Shown here in pieces: positions 27,373 through 40,052 of a stretch of 64,000 bases of DNA. Source of the stretch: Tachypleus tridentatus (taxonomy: Eukaryota). A program made the translations under genes and the position numbers. How positions within the stretch are numbered: position 1 is the stretch's first letter; each line of letters begins with the position of its first letter. Below the pieces are notes generated by a model that made no database searches, had not been told where the DNA came from, and was given only the letters and a program-made list of their open reading frames with translations. The stretch is taken from positions 99,017,522-99,081,521 of the forward strand of contig NC_134831.1 in assembly GCF_004210375.1 (NCBI RefSeq), written 5' to 3'.

Positions 27373-27848
27373 CACTATGTAACACAAATTTTGTTCCTGG
27401 ATGGTGTATGTTATTTCTTAATTGCTTATGTTGTAAAAGTACAGAAAATGGTCATTATTCCCTACAAGCTTTGCTTTTGTGACTTGGATAATGAAATTTA
27501 GAAATTAACCTATTTTCTATGTAAAAACAGGCAAATTTGCATATTTTCATTTACATAAGGTACAAATAAAACATATGAATCAAGATTTACATGTATTTAT
27601 ACTAAAGTTATACAAAAATGTTTAGAAGTGAGTAGTTTTTCGAGATTTGCAACTGTAATGTAAATCTCTTTCACGTGTCAGCTCCAAATATAGTTTCCCA
27701 TCATGTTTTCGTTATACGCTCCCAGGTCACAAAAGCTGAGTTTGAGAGAAAAATGGGTCTTTTCCATTTACTTTAGGCATAAGCAATTGGGAAATAACAC
27801 TTTCTGTCCAGGAACAAGAAAAAGTAAAAATTTTGTAACATAGTGTTA
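27373..27848. mobile_element. Second copy (about 90 percent identical) of the Harbinger-like MITE, flanked by a TTA target-site duplication.
   Basis: Same TIRs as the copy at 1297-1783. Left flank tta, right flank tta. Internal sequence is collinear. Confidence 0.75.
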
Positions 27849-28228
27849 TTAACTGTTTATATACATATATAACAAGTAACATACAGCATATCTCTGGTAC
27901 ACACTCAATGTCACATAATCAATAATTTACCAGCATATGGGCTAACAGCAACAGTCAGCTACTCTATTTATTAAATGTGAAAAATGTAGTGATTATATAT
28001 ATGTCTTCAGTGCTATTTTCCTGGATATCCATGTTGGATATTGATAAATGAGTGGTAACAGTTCATACTGCAGTTTATTTAATAGAATACTTGTCTTTTT
28101 TCAGAAAATGATTTTTCTAGCAGATAAATCATACTTAAACAGCAATTAAATTTATTAGTTTAATATCTGTTTACATTCAATCATCTTATTTCCAGTTATC
28201 CTTCAAAACAATGTACAACATACGTGTA

Positions 28229-28374
28229 TGTAAAAAACAGGTCGTTTGGGTTGAGAAAATATTTTACGTAGAGGAGCGAACAACGTTTCGACCTTCTTCG
28301 GTCATCGTCAGGTCGAAACGTTGTTCGCTCCTCTACGTAAAATATTTTCTCAACCCAAACGAGCTGTTTTTACA
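28229..28374. repeat. Long near-perfect inverted repeat (hairpin). The arms are about 51 bp and perfect, extended to about 63 bp with one internal mismatch, around a 19-nt spacer.
   Basis: Left arm tcgtttgggttgagaaaatattttacgtagaggagcgaacaacgtttcgac at 28242-28292. Its exact reverse complement lies at 28312-28362. The spacer is cttcttcggtcatcgtcag. The flanks tgtaaaaaacag / ctgtttttaca also pair. Confidence 0.95.
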
Positions 28375-28767
28375 TATATATTTCTCTACAAGTGGGTTTT
28401 CTTGACATCACTAATGTACAACATATCCTCTAACTAGCAAACAAATGACAAATATAAAAATTACTTATCCATCTGAGTCAACGTTCATCACAGAATTTTG
28501 TTTTTCTCAAATGACTAGTCAAAATGGGTTTTTACATTTCTAAAACATCCAGAGTAAATTTCTAAAGACCTTCTATGAAACATTGAACATTTATTTCAAT
28601 GAATGATAAATTATTAAATAAAATTTGAATAACAATCAACAGGTTAGTATACAATTTTTCAAATATAAAATTTTCACTGGTCTTATAGAATCTTAGCTTA
28701 AATAATTACTTCACAAACAAGTCCATTTTCAGAATTTGCTTATACTTAAATGTTAAAAGATTCTTAC

Positions 28768-28905
28768 ATTTCTATTTAATGTTTTCTTAGTTCTTTTGTC
28801 TGCTGTCTTATGGGAGAGAAAGTGTTGGTGTGACCCAACAAGTGTTTCTAGTTTATCAAGGAATGTCGAGTCTGTTGCATCACCTGGTCTAAAACATTCT
28901 TCGTC
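28768..28905 (-). CDS. Class I myosin exon. It encodes [46 protein letters not shown].
   Basis: Aligns with MYO1C [46 protein letters not shown]. Acceptor ctgtag|, donor AAT|gtaaga. 46 codons. Confidence 0.9.
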
Positions 28906-29686
28906 CTACAGTGTACATAACACTCATTAATAAAACTACTTCCAATAACTTTGGATTAAAAATCTGCTAAAAATATAAAGACAATTTTAATATTTGTTTA
29001 ATAATTTGATAAGAATTACTTCATGATTTGTTTTAATTTTAGATATTTATGATATGTTCGGGAAATTCTACAAAATTTAGTAAATAATTACATAAAAACA
29101 AATCATAATCATGTATATCATTGATAGATACAGTTCAGTAATTCTTAAATAAAAATGTTAGAAAATAAAAGAATAAACACTAGAGTTATTCTAATTCACT
29201 CTTACAATTTATTTATCTTTCAAAAATATTACAAACTAGGATTCATGATCTAATATAGAATAAGTTACTTTGAAACTTAACAACAACAATTTTTTTCTTC
29301 TTGTTAACTTAAGTGATAAAATTTTGAATAAAATATTACATGGTATAAAATGTAAAGTGCATTCATACAAAACCATTTACCTAACCTAAAGGTGTAGGTA
29401 ATTATTTTTAACTAAAAAGAAATATCTAATCATTATTATAGATCATATATACTGAAATAATTAAAATATTTGCTGTTTCACAGGCAATAGATATCAGTAT
29501 ACTTTGCATATGTAAGGAAAAAAAACATTTCATTCTTCTATATTTTTAAAAGAGCAAAGAAAACATAATTGAAACAGTTCTTTTTTCCTTTAAAATGTAA
29601 TCCAAACAGACAGAACACCTCTATTCTACTCAACTAAGCCTAACAAAAGTTACAACTTCTAGCCTAAACAGCTTCCTCAAACTCAC

Positions 29687-29767
29687 CAGAATGGAGATGA
29701 TACCTTTAAACTGCTCATCTATAAGGTCACATATGATTTTATTGTTGAAGTATTCTATCGGCTCCCA
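29687..29767 (-). CDS. Class I myosin exon. It encodes [27 protein letters not shown].
   Basis: Aligns with MYO1[28 protein letters not shown]. Acceptor ctgtttcag|, donor CTG|gtgagt. 27 codons. Confidence 0.92.
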
Positions 29768-30219
29768 CTGAAACAGAAATAACTTCAAGTAAGAAATTGT
29801 TATTATTTTAAGTAACACACTTTTTTCATACATTCACTCTTCTTTCTTTGTAATGAAACACGAAGAAAGTTTAAATGTAAATCACAAAACTCTTGATTGT
29901 CAAAGAAATTAATGACCTTAGAAGCGAAGCTGTGTTAATTTTTTTTTTCAAACATTTATATTACATACCTTTCTAGTTGGTTGATTTGTTGGTTTGGTGT
30001 TTTATGGCACAAAGTAGCTAGGCTATCTGCATCAAACATCCAGTAAAAGTTAAAACTAAAGTAAATTTAGTAAAATTCTTCAAAGAAAATTATGGTGAAA
30101 CAAAGTTTAAAAAAAAAACATAAATAGCATAAAACTAATGTTTACATCTCATCTACAGCAGTAAGAGAAAAACTACACTAATACAAGTTGTAAAGGACTT
30201 TCTGTAACATAATTGTAAT

Positions 30220-30495
30220 TATCATAACTCACCTGGAAGACTAATAGCTAAGTTCAAAAACCACCATTAGTCATCTGAATTTAGCCTTTCCAGTCCTGGT
30301 TCTGAGTTATTTGATGTTATGGTCATTTTCATAAAGTAAAGTAATAAAAGGTTTAAAAGACTTGCAGCAAAATGTTAATAATAACTCACCAGGATGACTA
30401 ATGGGTAGTTCAAACAGCAGAGTTAGTCACCTGAAGTTGGCCTTTCCAGTCCTGGTTTCGAGTTATTTGACATTACGGCCATTTTATAATTTCAA
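30220..30495. repeat. Two imperfect direct repeats of about 105 bp, separated by about 65 bp.
   Basis: The sequence ctcacctggaagactaatagctaagttcaaaaaccaccattagtcatctgaatttagcctttccagtcctggttctgagttatttgatgttatggtcatttt is similar to 30395-30490. Confidence 0.7.
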
Positions 30496-30899
30496 ATCAA
30501 ACTAGATGGACTTTGATTCTTAAAAGGGAATCACATTAAAAAAGGTCTAATGTATAAATTAAAAAAATTAAATAGCATTAAAAAGATTAATGGTCTTTAA
30601 AAATTAAAAACATTTCTAAGGTGGACAGTATCACCATCGCCAATGACATAGTCTAATGTTATGGATAAACTTTGAGACAGAAGATGTTTAAAATGATGCC
30701 TTTGTTGAGAGTCATAACAACGGCAAGACAGAAAAATGTGGTTTATTGTGACCTAAGTGTTATACAGACAACACATTGGTGCATCAGTCCCAGATAAAAG
30801 AAAACGATGAGTTAAAAAACTGTGACCAATGCATAGTCTAGTTAGAACAACCTCCTCTTTCCAATCCTTACAAGAGCAAGACAGCCAAAGTCCAATATA

Positions 30900-32900
30900 G
30901 GGTTTTATTTAGGAAAGCTTGTTTTCATGTTGCTCACTCCAAGTCAACTGCCAACTAGCACGGAGCCAAGCTTTGAATACAGGATCATAGCCCATGTATG
31001 GAACAGGCACAGTGGTGATAGAGCTAGAGCAAATAGATTTAGCTGCAGTGTTGGTAAGCTCGTTCCCATGAATACTGAGTATATCATCAGGTCTGACCAA
31101 TGTACTGGTAGACTGATGAATGACCAGTTTAAGTTCAACCAGTGTAAAGGAATGATTATAGTCGCAGAGACAATCTGCTCGAGTCTTAATGGCTAAGAAG
31201 GTGTTGGAAGAAGCAGAAGTGCTAGATACCTGAAAAAAGCTTTCACCAAGAGTATCGGTGATGCTCTGGTATCAGCTACTTCCTGTCCATCAGAGAGCAA
31301 GACAGAATTATATTGCCCACTGATCTTTCAAATCTTGTCCCACGTGACTTTGGAACTGGTAGTAGAAGATATGCTGGTTGTGAACTTAATACAAGATTCC
31401 TTCTGGCTTTGATGTCTTACCCACCAAGCATGTGCACGGGCCTGCTGGAAAGAGATGCAGTGCAAGAGTGTGGGATACCTATGAAAAGTATCCCAGGCCT
31501 GGTTCTGAGCCTTTTTGTGCCATGTGGCAAGCAGGATTTCACCACGAACGAAGATATTTTAGAAAACGTGCCGAGGTTTTAGGAATACATTGAGTAGCTG
31601 TTTGTATAATACAGTCAGTTACTGCTGCCACACAGTCATCTATTGATGGCTTACAGATGATGGCAATATCAAGTTCTGTGAGAGCAGTGAAAGAGGACCA
31701 GTTTGCTTGATCAAGCTTCCACTGAGGCACGAGGGTTTGGTAGCATCGACCACGGCCAGTCTCTTTCAAAATAATTGGAAAATGATCACTGCCTCATGAA
31801 TTATTGTCAACCCTCCAAGAAAAATGAGAGAATAGTAAAGGGGAGCAAATTGAGAGATCAACAGCAGTAAATATCAGCACTTATCCAGAGGGGATGATGT
31901 CTATTAAAAATGTCAGGATTAAAAATGGAGATGGCAACTGTTCAATGAGAGCATTAAGATCTGATTGATCATGGGTTTCTCCAGGGGACAGGTAGAGAGA
32001 ACAAACAGTGATGGTATGACCCAAGGAAACATGGATGGCTATAGCATCCTAGGGTGTATAGAGTGGCAAAGACAGGGTGGGCACATGCTGATCAACCAAC
32101 AGCACCACTCATCCATCACATAGCCTGTCATTTCTATACAAAGAGAACTGCTGAAAGGTGATTGTATCAGCAGGTTTCAGAAATGTTTCCTGTAAGGAAA
32201 GACATACAGGATGGTAGGAAGCATCGTAAACCTCGACAGTTCCATTGTATCAAGGTGGACATCTTTATTCATATGAAGGCAACTTGGGTGGAGAACCCTT
32301 CTGTTTACGACCACATCTTTTTTCTTTACTGTCTTTATTCGAGGGAGATCTATCAACCTCCATGGATCCTGCCCTGGGTTGATTAGACAAGTCTTTGCTG
32401 TTGGAAGAGGATTCCAGTAATTGAGGATGTGAATGAATGATCGTTTTGCATCTAGTGTGGAAGAAGATGTATCTGAGGAAATGCCTGTACCTGGAACCAA
32501 AGGATGTGGATCTTGGGGTTTGCTGGAATGTATGTAAGGGACAGAGATGGGTGTTGAAGTTGATTCATCAACTTTAACCATGGAGGTCAAAAGACTTTAC
32601 ATTTGGTTTGAGAATGATTCTTTTGAAGGCACAGAGAGATCCATCTGCACTCCCACTGTAGTAATGTAATGAAGTGCAGCAGCATACATCCGAGATGAAG
32701 TGGTAGACAGCAACTTTCGAGCCTCAGAGTAAGTAATGTTTTGAATCATTTTCAAATGCTTAACCTCTTTTTCTTCCAACCATTTAGGGGAAGAATGAAA
32801 GTAGTATGTGTGAGAGCCATTGCAATTGATGCAACGAGGGTCTGTTTCACACTCATAGGCATCATGGTCCTTGCCACTGCAATGAGCACACGTCAAGGAA
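30900..32900 (-). mobile_element. Degraded non-LTR retrotransposon fragment: a gag-like CCHC ORF1 plus the start of ORF2.
   Basis: The minus ORF at 32597-32896 carries zinc-knuckle-like CAHCSGKDHDAYEC...CINCNGSH. The minus ORF at 31539-31769 carries a PQWKLDQANWSSF motif typical of LINE ORF2 downstream of the endonuclease. The plus-strand ORFs here are antisense. Confidence 0.5.
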
Positions 32901-33884
32901 CTTTGAGTGACCGAACTGCTGACACTGAAAATATTGGAGAGGGTTTGGAATGTATGGCTATACTCTGCAATTAAGATAACCTACCTTGATGGTGGCAGGT
33001 GGATATGGTGATGTAAATAAATAATAATAAATCAACATCTTCTGACAGTTCTTAGTTCAATAATTTTGTAATGAAGTTTTAAATAATTTAAACACATGAA
33101 AAAAAACACCAAATTACTATTTCAATGATATTTACATAAAGGTTCTTGTCATAAAACCTTTTAGTTTTATAACGATTTACAATACCAACTTTTGTGTACT
33201 GATAAGAAAGCACCTACGAAGAAGCTTGTGAATAAAATACAGAGAAAAGGACCACACTAAATGCTCAGTGTTATCCAGTATACATAAGAGAAAAAATAAA
33301 TACAAGTTTTAAAAAAAGAATGTAAAGCAAAATCAGAAAGTGTTACTTTAAATCTATAAAATAGATTTTTTTAAACTTGTAAGCATCACAGAGGTGGGCG
33401 ACAATAACTGAAAGGAAAAATGTCAATGATGACCTAAAGATGTTGTAACTCAAAAAAACGTTTTAAAGAAAGCCTTTTTAGCAGTTCTGAAAGAATTTGA
33501 TAGACACAAGAGCATGACTGTCAGAAAACAAAACAGTATGCTTGTTTATTTCATGTGTTTGCAAAAATATACACAAGAACTATCTGCCATGTCCATCTCT
33601 AATTTTGAACTGATAGACCAAAGTATAAACCTTGCTAACTGACAGTTACTGACGTAAAGAAAAAAATATGGAACTCACCTTCCATTAATGGTTAATTTTT
33701 ATTTTATTCAAAGAAGAGTTTTGTTACCAAGCAGATTCACAGTTTAGTGATATGTAGTTTGTTTGTGTTTTGATAGATGTACACCACAAGTTGAACTTTT
33801 CCTAGTGATTTTACTGTGAGCATAACAACATTCATTTGCTAAGACAGTTACGTTAATAAACCATGCCATATTCTACGCTCCTCT

Positions 33885-34135
33885 AAACTTTTGGCTCATC
33901 ATTGTCAGGTGGTTAGGGTTCTTGACTTGCAATCTGAAGGTTGCAGGTTTTAATCCCTGTTACACTAAACATGCTCACCTTTTCAGCCATGAGGACATTA
34001 TAATGTGATTGTCAATCTCACTATTCATTGGTAAAAGAGTAGCTCAAGAGTTGGCAGTGGGTGATGTTTACTCTCTGCCATTTCTCTTGTATTTTACTTC
34101 TAAATTAGGGCTAGTATAGATAGTCCTCATGTTGC
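33885..34135 (+). mobile_element. Diverged SINE1 copy.
   Basis: Collinear with family 1 (gttgcaggttttaatccc...cattggtaaaagagtagctcaagagttggcagtgggtgatg) but heavily mutated. Confidence 0.6.
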
Positions 34136-34371
34136 TTTACATATATATCTTATATATATGTAATATATCTTAAGTCAATGTTTACATCCTTTATCATAAA
34201 CCCAATTCTGATGTGTAATGACTTAAATATAATTCATAAATATTCCACTTCATTGCTTTAATTAGGTCATAGTATGAACAATGTCTGGATCACTGTTATG
34301 TCTGTTATATATCAGCCAGCCTGATGGTCCTTAGAATTGGAGGAAAATCCTCATCACTACTGGATATATCA

Positions 34372-34500
34372 GAAGCCCCCCAGTGGCTCAGCAGTATGTC
34401 TGTGGACTTATAACACTAAAAATTGGATTTCGCCACCCATGGTGGGCAGAGCACAGATAGCCCATTGTGTAGCTTTGTGCTTAATTCAAAACAACAACAC
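34372..34500 (+). mobile_element. Second tRNA-derived SINE family (SINE2, about 125 bp).
   Basis: The sequence cccccagtggctcagcagtatgtctgtggacttataacactaaaaattggatttcgccacccatggtgggcagagcacagatagcccattgtgtagctttgtgcttaattcaaaacaacaa recurs at 22735-22860, 24955-25085 and 57215-57335. A fragment lies at 54062-54125. Confidence 0.8.
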
Positions 34501-34768
34501 ATCAGATTTAGTGCAACTAACGGTTTTTACTTTTACTCACAAATGCTTACAATCAATTCACAAAGTCACCACTATCCTAGAAACTCTGTGCTGTGTAAAT
34601 TTACAATCATTTATGAGAAAAGCCTACAATAATTGTTTTTAAATGTTCTTAATAAATAATTTAATTTAAACTTCTGTATCAATGACCAATACCATAACAA
34701 ATAATCATATTGTGTTTTATCAACCAGCAGCTAATATGTTAATTCAAAGACAAACTTGTTACTAGTAC

Positions 34769-34874
34769 CTCAATGCCCTCTTTACTATATTCTTCCTGTT
34801 CAGACTTTAGTGTTAGTTCAATGAAAAGTTGTTGAAGTTTCTCATTGCAATAGTTGATACAAAACTGCTCAAAG
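34769..34874 (-). CDS. Class I myosin exon. It encodes (S)[35 protein letters not shown].
   Basis: Matches the conserved [18 protein letters not shown] myosin motif. Acceptor tatttcag|, donor GAG|gtacta. 1 + 35 codons. Confidence 0.92.
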
Positions 34875-36179
34875 CTGAAATACACAAACACATCTAGAAA
34901 TTATTACAGAAATACATAAGAACTGTTAAATATATTGGGAATATTTAGTTATTCAGAAACAAAATTCAGTTTATAAATCAGTGCAAATTTGTAGTTCTCA
35001 ACAGCAAATTTCCTGGTTTATCAGAACAAACTGAATTTTGTTGAATCAAATTACTGCTGGTTGATTTCCCATAAATGCTTACCCAAAACTGTTCTTCTAG
35101 TACACAACAGTTTCACTTTTATTTCAACTTGATATCTGAGAAACAAATGTTACCATTACTAAAACAAATTATTAATTTTCTTTAACCTCTGTGTTACCAG
35201 GTTCACTTAGTGTTGTACACATGCATATTGGTAAAATTACATTGATATAAATACCTCAGCATAAATCATACATACAGCAGATTTCAGATCAAGACCTAGC
35301 ACACACAGTTTAATAACAATAAATCATCACACATCAAGTTATTTTTAATTCTGAACCTAATCTTTCTTTGATTCCTGAACATCAACCATTAAAATGTAAA
35401 ACCAATGTTATAAATTTTGTCTTTAAATAGTATTTTTTAAGGTGACGTAAAGAAAGTATGTGCCTTCACTGTATATCTTTAAGGTTACAAATTAGTACGT
35501 ATCTTTCAATGGATTTTACACATCTCTCTAAACAATAAAAAACAAAAGATTTTTTTATAAACTAATAGATGATACACATATATAAATTATACATATTTTT
35601 CAGAGTTCCAACACATATATTCAACTTTGGAATGGTGACTTTAAGTATGATTTACCTATCTTTTAAGCTTTTCTGAAACAACAGTAACCACAAAATGGAT
35701 CATTGCAGATATGCAATGTAAAGTATGTCACAACTACTGATATTTAGAAAAACATATTTACATTAGAAAACAAATTATCAGTACGTGATAAATTCACATT
35801 GATATGCTAATCATTTTGTGCCAAATAAAATACCAGATTAAAACTGACATAAAGAAATTCCAATACTAATTTTCATTATGAAATCCTTTTTGTTGGTCAG
35901 TCAGCTTAAAATGTTAACATGTTCAATGCACTTATTTAAAAATAAAATGCTTTTCTCTAAATGTGGTCTGGATAAATATCCCCCCCCTTAAGGAAACAGT
36001 AAAGTTAAACTGCTATTAATGACATAAGATGTACATCACTGCTTACAAACATTAAATAAAATGCTGCTCTAATAACAAAAGCATATAATAAAACTAGCTT
36101 TCAAATAAACTTCAGCTCAACAACTTTGCACAAGATTTTACTTTTATGTAGATATGTCACATATTTTGTACAGTCTCAC

Positions 36180-36250
36180 CTGTTATTTTCAAAGATTTCA
36201 AACCCGTATATATCTAGCAGACCCATTAGGGTTTTCCTTCCAGTGTAATC
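36180..36250 (-). CDS. Class I myosin exon. It encodes DYTGRKTLMGLLDIYGFEIFENN(S).
   Basis: Conserved LDIYGFE motif. Acceptor cctgcag|, donor AG|gtgaga. It ends with 2 extra bases that are completed by the next exon. Confidence 0.9.
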
Positions 36251-36931
36251 CTGCAGGTGGATTATAAGAGTATTATACTTCTTTATACTAAGTATAAAAT
36301 TAGTAATAAAGTAGGTACATCAGCTTCAGGGTGAATTTTTCGTATCTGGTTGGTTTATAAGTTTATATTTCAAAGAACAATGTAAATAGTTCTATCAAGA
36401 TTTTAGAATGAAACTGCATATATGAAAACTTAATGTTATAATAATAAAAATATTTATTATCCTTTGATTTCTTTTTATGTACAGTTTGATATTTTCATAT
36501 TACTAATATAAATATTTAATATACTTTAACTTGTTAATGTAAAAAGTTTGCTATGACTACAATCACTCTTGTTAAGATAAACACACTGTATATGTACATG
36601 TATAAATACATACAAACACCCACACATATTCCCAAAAATTTTTATGCCTCTACATATGTATAGTATTCCACTACCCCTATTTGCTATCTTGCAAAACCAA
36701 AGCCAAGGAGATGGGCGTGGAGAATTGCAAAAAGTGTTTCAAAATTATTCCAAGAAATATAATTTTGTTAACAAAAAAATCACTGAACAAGAAACAACAC
36801 AAAAAGTAACCTGTTCAAACATACGTTCCCTAATATAACAAACAAACATGACAAAAAAAACCACTCAAAATGCAACTAGGAAGTAACATGTGATTTAACT
36901 CACCCTATATGCAACATGTGATTTAACTCAC

Positions 36932-37051
36932 CCTATTTTCTAGAGAGACATTTAGCTTCTGGACCAACCACTTAAACTGTCGCTCATACACAGCTTTTGC
37001 AATGGCATCTCTTGCACATATGGCCTGGTCACGATTCAGTGGACTTATAAC
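36932..37051 (-). CDS. Class I myosin exon. It encodes VISPLNRDQAICARDAIAKAVYERQFKWLVQKLNVSLENR.
   Basis: Aligns with MYO1C [37 protein letters not shown] (conserved ARDALAK motif). Acceptor ttttaaag|, donor AGG|gtgagt. 40 codons. Confidence 0.9.
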
Positions 37052-37869
37052 CTTTAAAAACAAACTAACTAGGAAATAATTTCTTTAAAACAATAAACAT
37101 TTTTAGTTTATTTTAATATAAATCAAACTACTGAATAAAAACTAATATTCTGAAAAACACCATAAAATATTCACATTCATTCATTCTACCACAAAGCAAT
37201 CTTGAATTTTATTGAATTTCTGTCAATGAAGATACTAAATATATACATACCCAACTTTTATTACCTCAGCTTTATAAATTAAACATTCATAATTTAGTAA
37301 CTTGCACTGACGAAATGCAAAGTCAAAATCTCAGAATAGCTACAACATTTATTGGAATGATGTAGCAAACTTTATCTAAATTTAAAAACCAATCATAGTG
37401 AATTTGAACTATGAGTAAGTGCTTCACTCCCTGAGTAACATCTCTGTGTCAAATCAGAGTTTGAGAGCACTTCATTATATTACTGAAATTTCATTTCTGA
37501 AAAAAAAAGAAGAAAATTTTGCTTATAACTTATTCTACAAACTGCTGATAAAGCTGTCAAAGTTTCAGTTAAGGTTTATTAACTTATATCATATACAACA
37601 AACTTAAGAGTAAACAGACTGAAATGAAAATATACATGAATTTTAATATCAAACATTTTATATATTATTCCTGATGAAGTAAAAATGTTGGAATATGGAG
37701 TAAAAGAGAAGTTTATTTTTATTATCCAAAGAGTAAAAGTCGTTTTTTTTTTCTATTTTAGTTTCATAATGTTTAGATCCTTCCAATTTGTACCATAGAA
37801 ATCCAAGAAACTATAAAATATTTCCATCAGTCAAATGAAACCACCATATGTAGAAGGAGGATGGTTTGT

Positions 37870-39180
37870 ACAAAACAACAAGTCATTAAAAATAAATACA
37901 TGTAGTTTAAAGTTATTATATTACCTGTGAGACTGAACAATGTACACTGAATATTGATAATAAATACATGTAGTTTAAAGTTATTATATTACCTGTGAGA
38001 CTGAACAATGTACACTGAATATTGATAATAAATACATGTAGTTTAAAGTTATTATATTACCTGTGAGACTGAACAATGTACACTGAATATTGATAATAAA
38101 TACATGTAGTTTAAAGTTATTATATTACCTGTGAGACTGAACAATGTACACTGAATATTGATAATAAATACATGTAGTTTAAAGTTATTATATTACCTGT
38201 GAGACTGAACAATGTACACTGAATATTGATAATAAATACATGTAGTTTAAAGTTATTATATTACCCTGTGAGACTGAACAATGTACACTGAATATTGATA
38301 ATAAATACATGTAGTTTAAAGTTATTATATTACCTGTGAGACTGAACAATGTACACTGAATATTGATAATAAATACATGTAGTTTAAAGTTATTATATTA
38401 CCTGTGAGACTGAACAATGTACACTGAATATTGATAATAAATACATGTAGTTTAAAGTTATTATATTACCTGTGAGACTGAACAATGTACACTGAATATT
38501 GATAATAAATACATGTAGTTTAAAGTTATTATATTACCTGTGAGACTGAACAATGTACACTGAATATTGATAATAAATACATGTAGTTTAAAGTTATTAT
38601 ATTACCTGTGAGACTGAACAATGTACACTGAATATTGATAATAAATACATGTAGTTTAAAGTTATTATATTACCTGTGAGACTGAACAATGTACACTGAA
38701 TATTGATAATAAATACATGTAGTTTAAAGTTATTATATTACCTGTGAGACTGAACAATGTACACTGAATATTGATAATAAATACATGTAGTTTAAAGTTA
38801 TTATATTACCTGTGAGACTGAACAATGTACACTGAATATTGATAATAAATACATGTAGTTTAAAGTTATTATATTACCTGTGAGACTGAACAATGTACAC
38901 TGAATATTGATAATAAATACATGTAGTTTAAAGTTATTATATTACCTGTGAGACTGAACAATGTACACTGAATATTGATAATAAATACATGTAGTTTAAA
39001 GTTATTATATTACCTGTGAGACTGAACAATGTACACTGAATATTGATAATAAATACATGTAGTTTAAAGTTATTATATTACCTGTGAGACTGAACAATGT
39101 ACACTGAATATTGATAATAAATACATGTAGTTTAAAGTTATTATATTACCTGTGAGACTGAACAATGTACACTGAATATT
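37870..39180. repeat. Tandem repeat of a 68-bp unit, about 19 copies.
   Basis: Unit ttacctgtgagactgaacaatgtacactgaatattgataataaatacatgtagtttaaagttattata, nearly identical between copies. Confidence 0.95.
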
Positions 39181-39419
39181 GCAAAATTAAAGGTAGTTAT
39201 TCAAACTGCACAATAAAACCTTTTAACTTTAGACTTTTGTACAACCTGCATACATTCCAATGGACACTTCATCTGTATTTGTCAACTGGCAAGTAAAAAT
39301 TAATTTTACATCAAGAATATAAGCATTATTAGTTGGTAAGTAATGTTATACATATAATGTACCATTAATCAAATGTGTACAGAAATAAGTATGAAAAGTA
39401 TTTCACTAGATATACTCAC

Positions 39420-39491
39420 AGAATCACCACAAACTTCAATAGTACGATGGGTAAGGGCATCATTCAACATATCTTCTGGACATCCTAAGAG
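39420..39491 (-). CDS. Class I myosin exon. It encodes LLGCPEDMLNDALTHRTIEVCGDS.
   Basis: Aligns with MYO1C [24 protein letters not shown]. Acceptor tttcttag|, donor TCT|gtgagt. 24 codons. Confidence 0.85.
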
Positions 39492-39639
39492 CTAAGAAAA
39501 CAAGAAGAAACTGTTCTATATATTTACTACCAGTTATTTGCCCATCCCTAGAACGTGCACAGCTTAATGTAGAAACTTATTAAATGAAATTCCTTGCAGT
39601 TGCTACAATACATTTATCAGTTACAAAAATGCAACAGTA

Positions 39640-39941
39640 CTATAGCACTGTAACTAACCTTGCATCCAGAATAAACTGACTTCTCCAATGTAATAAGAGC
39701 CTACCCATTATCTTCTGTGGACCCATCATTAACAGAATAACACTGTAACTAGCCTTGCATTCAAAATAAACTAACTTCTCCAGTGTAATAACAGCCTGCC
39801 AATTATCTTCTGTGAATCCAACATTGATACTATAACATTGTAACTAACCTTGCATACAGATTAAACTGACTTCTCCTGTGTAGTAACAACCTAACAATTA
39901 TCTTTTGGACCATACAGTAACACTATAACATTGTAACTAAC
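39640..39941 (-). repeat. Tandem amplification (about 3 extra copies of roughly 95 bp) of the 3' half of the myosin exon at 39942-40052 together with its splice donor.
   Basis: Each unit ends with caaggttagtta (the exon end plus the gttagt donor) on the minus strand. The units diverge from the true exon: their reading frame is interrupted and they do not read as LHLGN coding sequence. Confidence 0.85.
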
Positions 39942-40052
39942 CTTGCATACACAACAAACTGACTTCTCCTGTGCAATAACAGCATGACCATCATCCTCTG
40001 TGAAGCCAACATTACCTAGATGAAGAACTGATGCCACAACTGCAAACAAAGC
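39942..40052 (-). CDS. Class I myosin exon. It encodes [37 protein letters not shown].
   Basis: Contains the conserved myosin LHLGN motif. Aligns with MYO1C [21 protein letters not shown]... Acceptor tttcttctag|, donor AAG|gttagt. Confidence 0.88.

Noticed and set aside
30927-31582. Plus-strand ORFs 30927-31196 and 31313-31582 as genes.
   Set aside because: They lie antisense to a degraded LINE fragment, and the recognisable motifs (CCHC zinc knuckle, WKLDQANW) are on the minus strand. They are probably spurious antisense ORFs.
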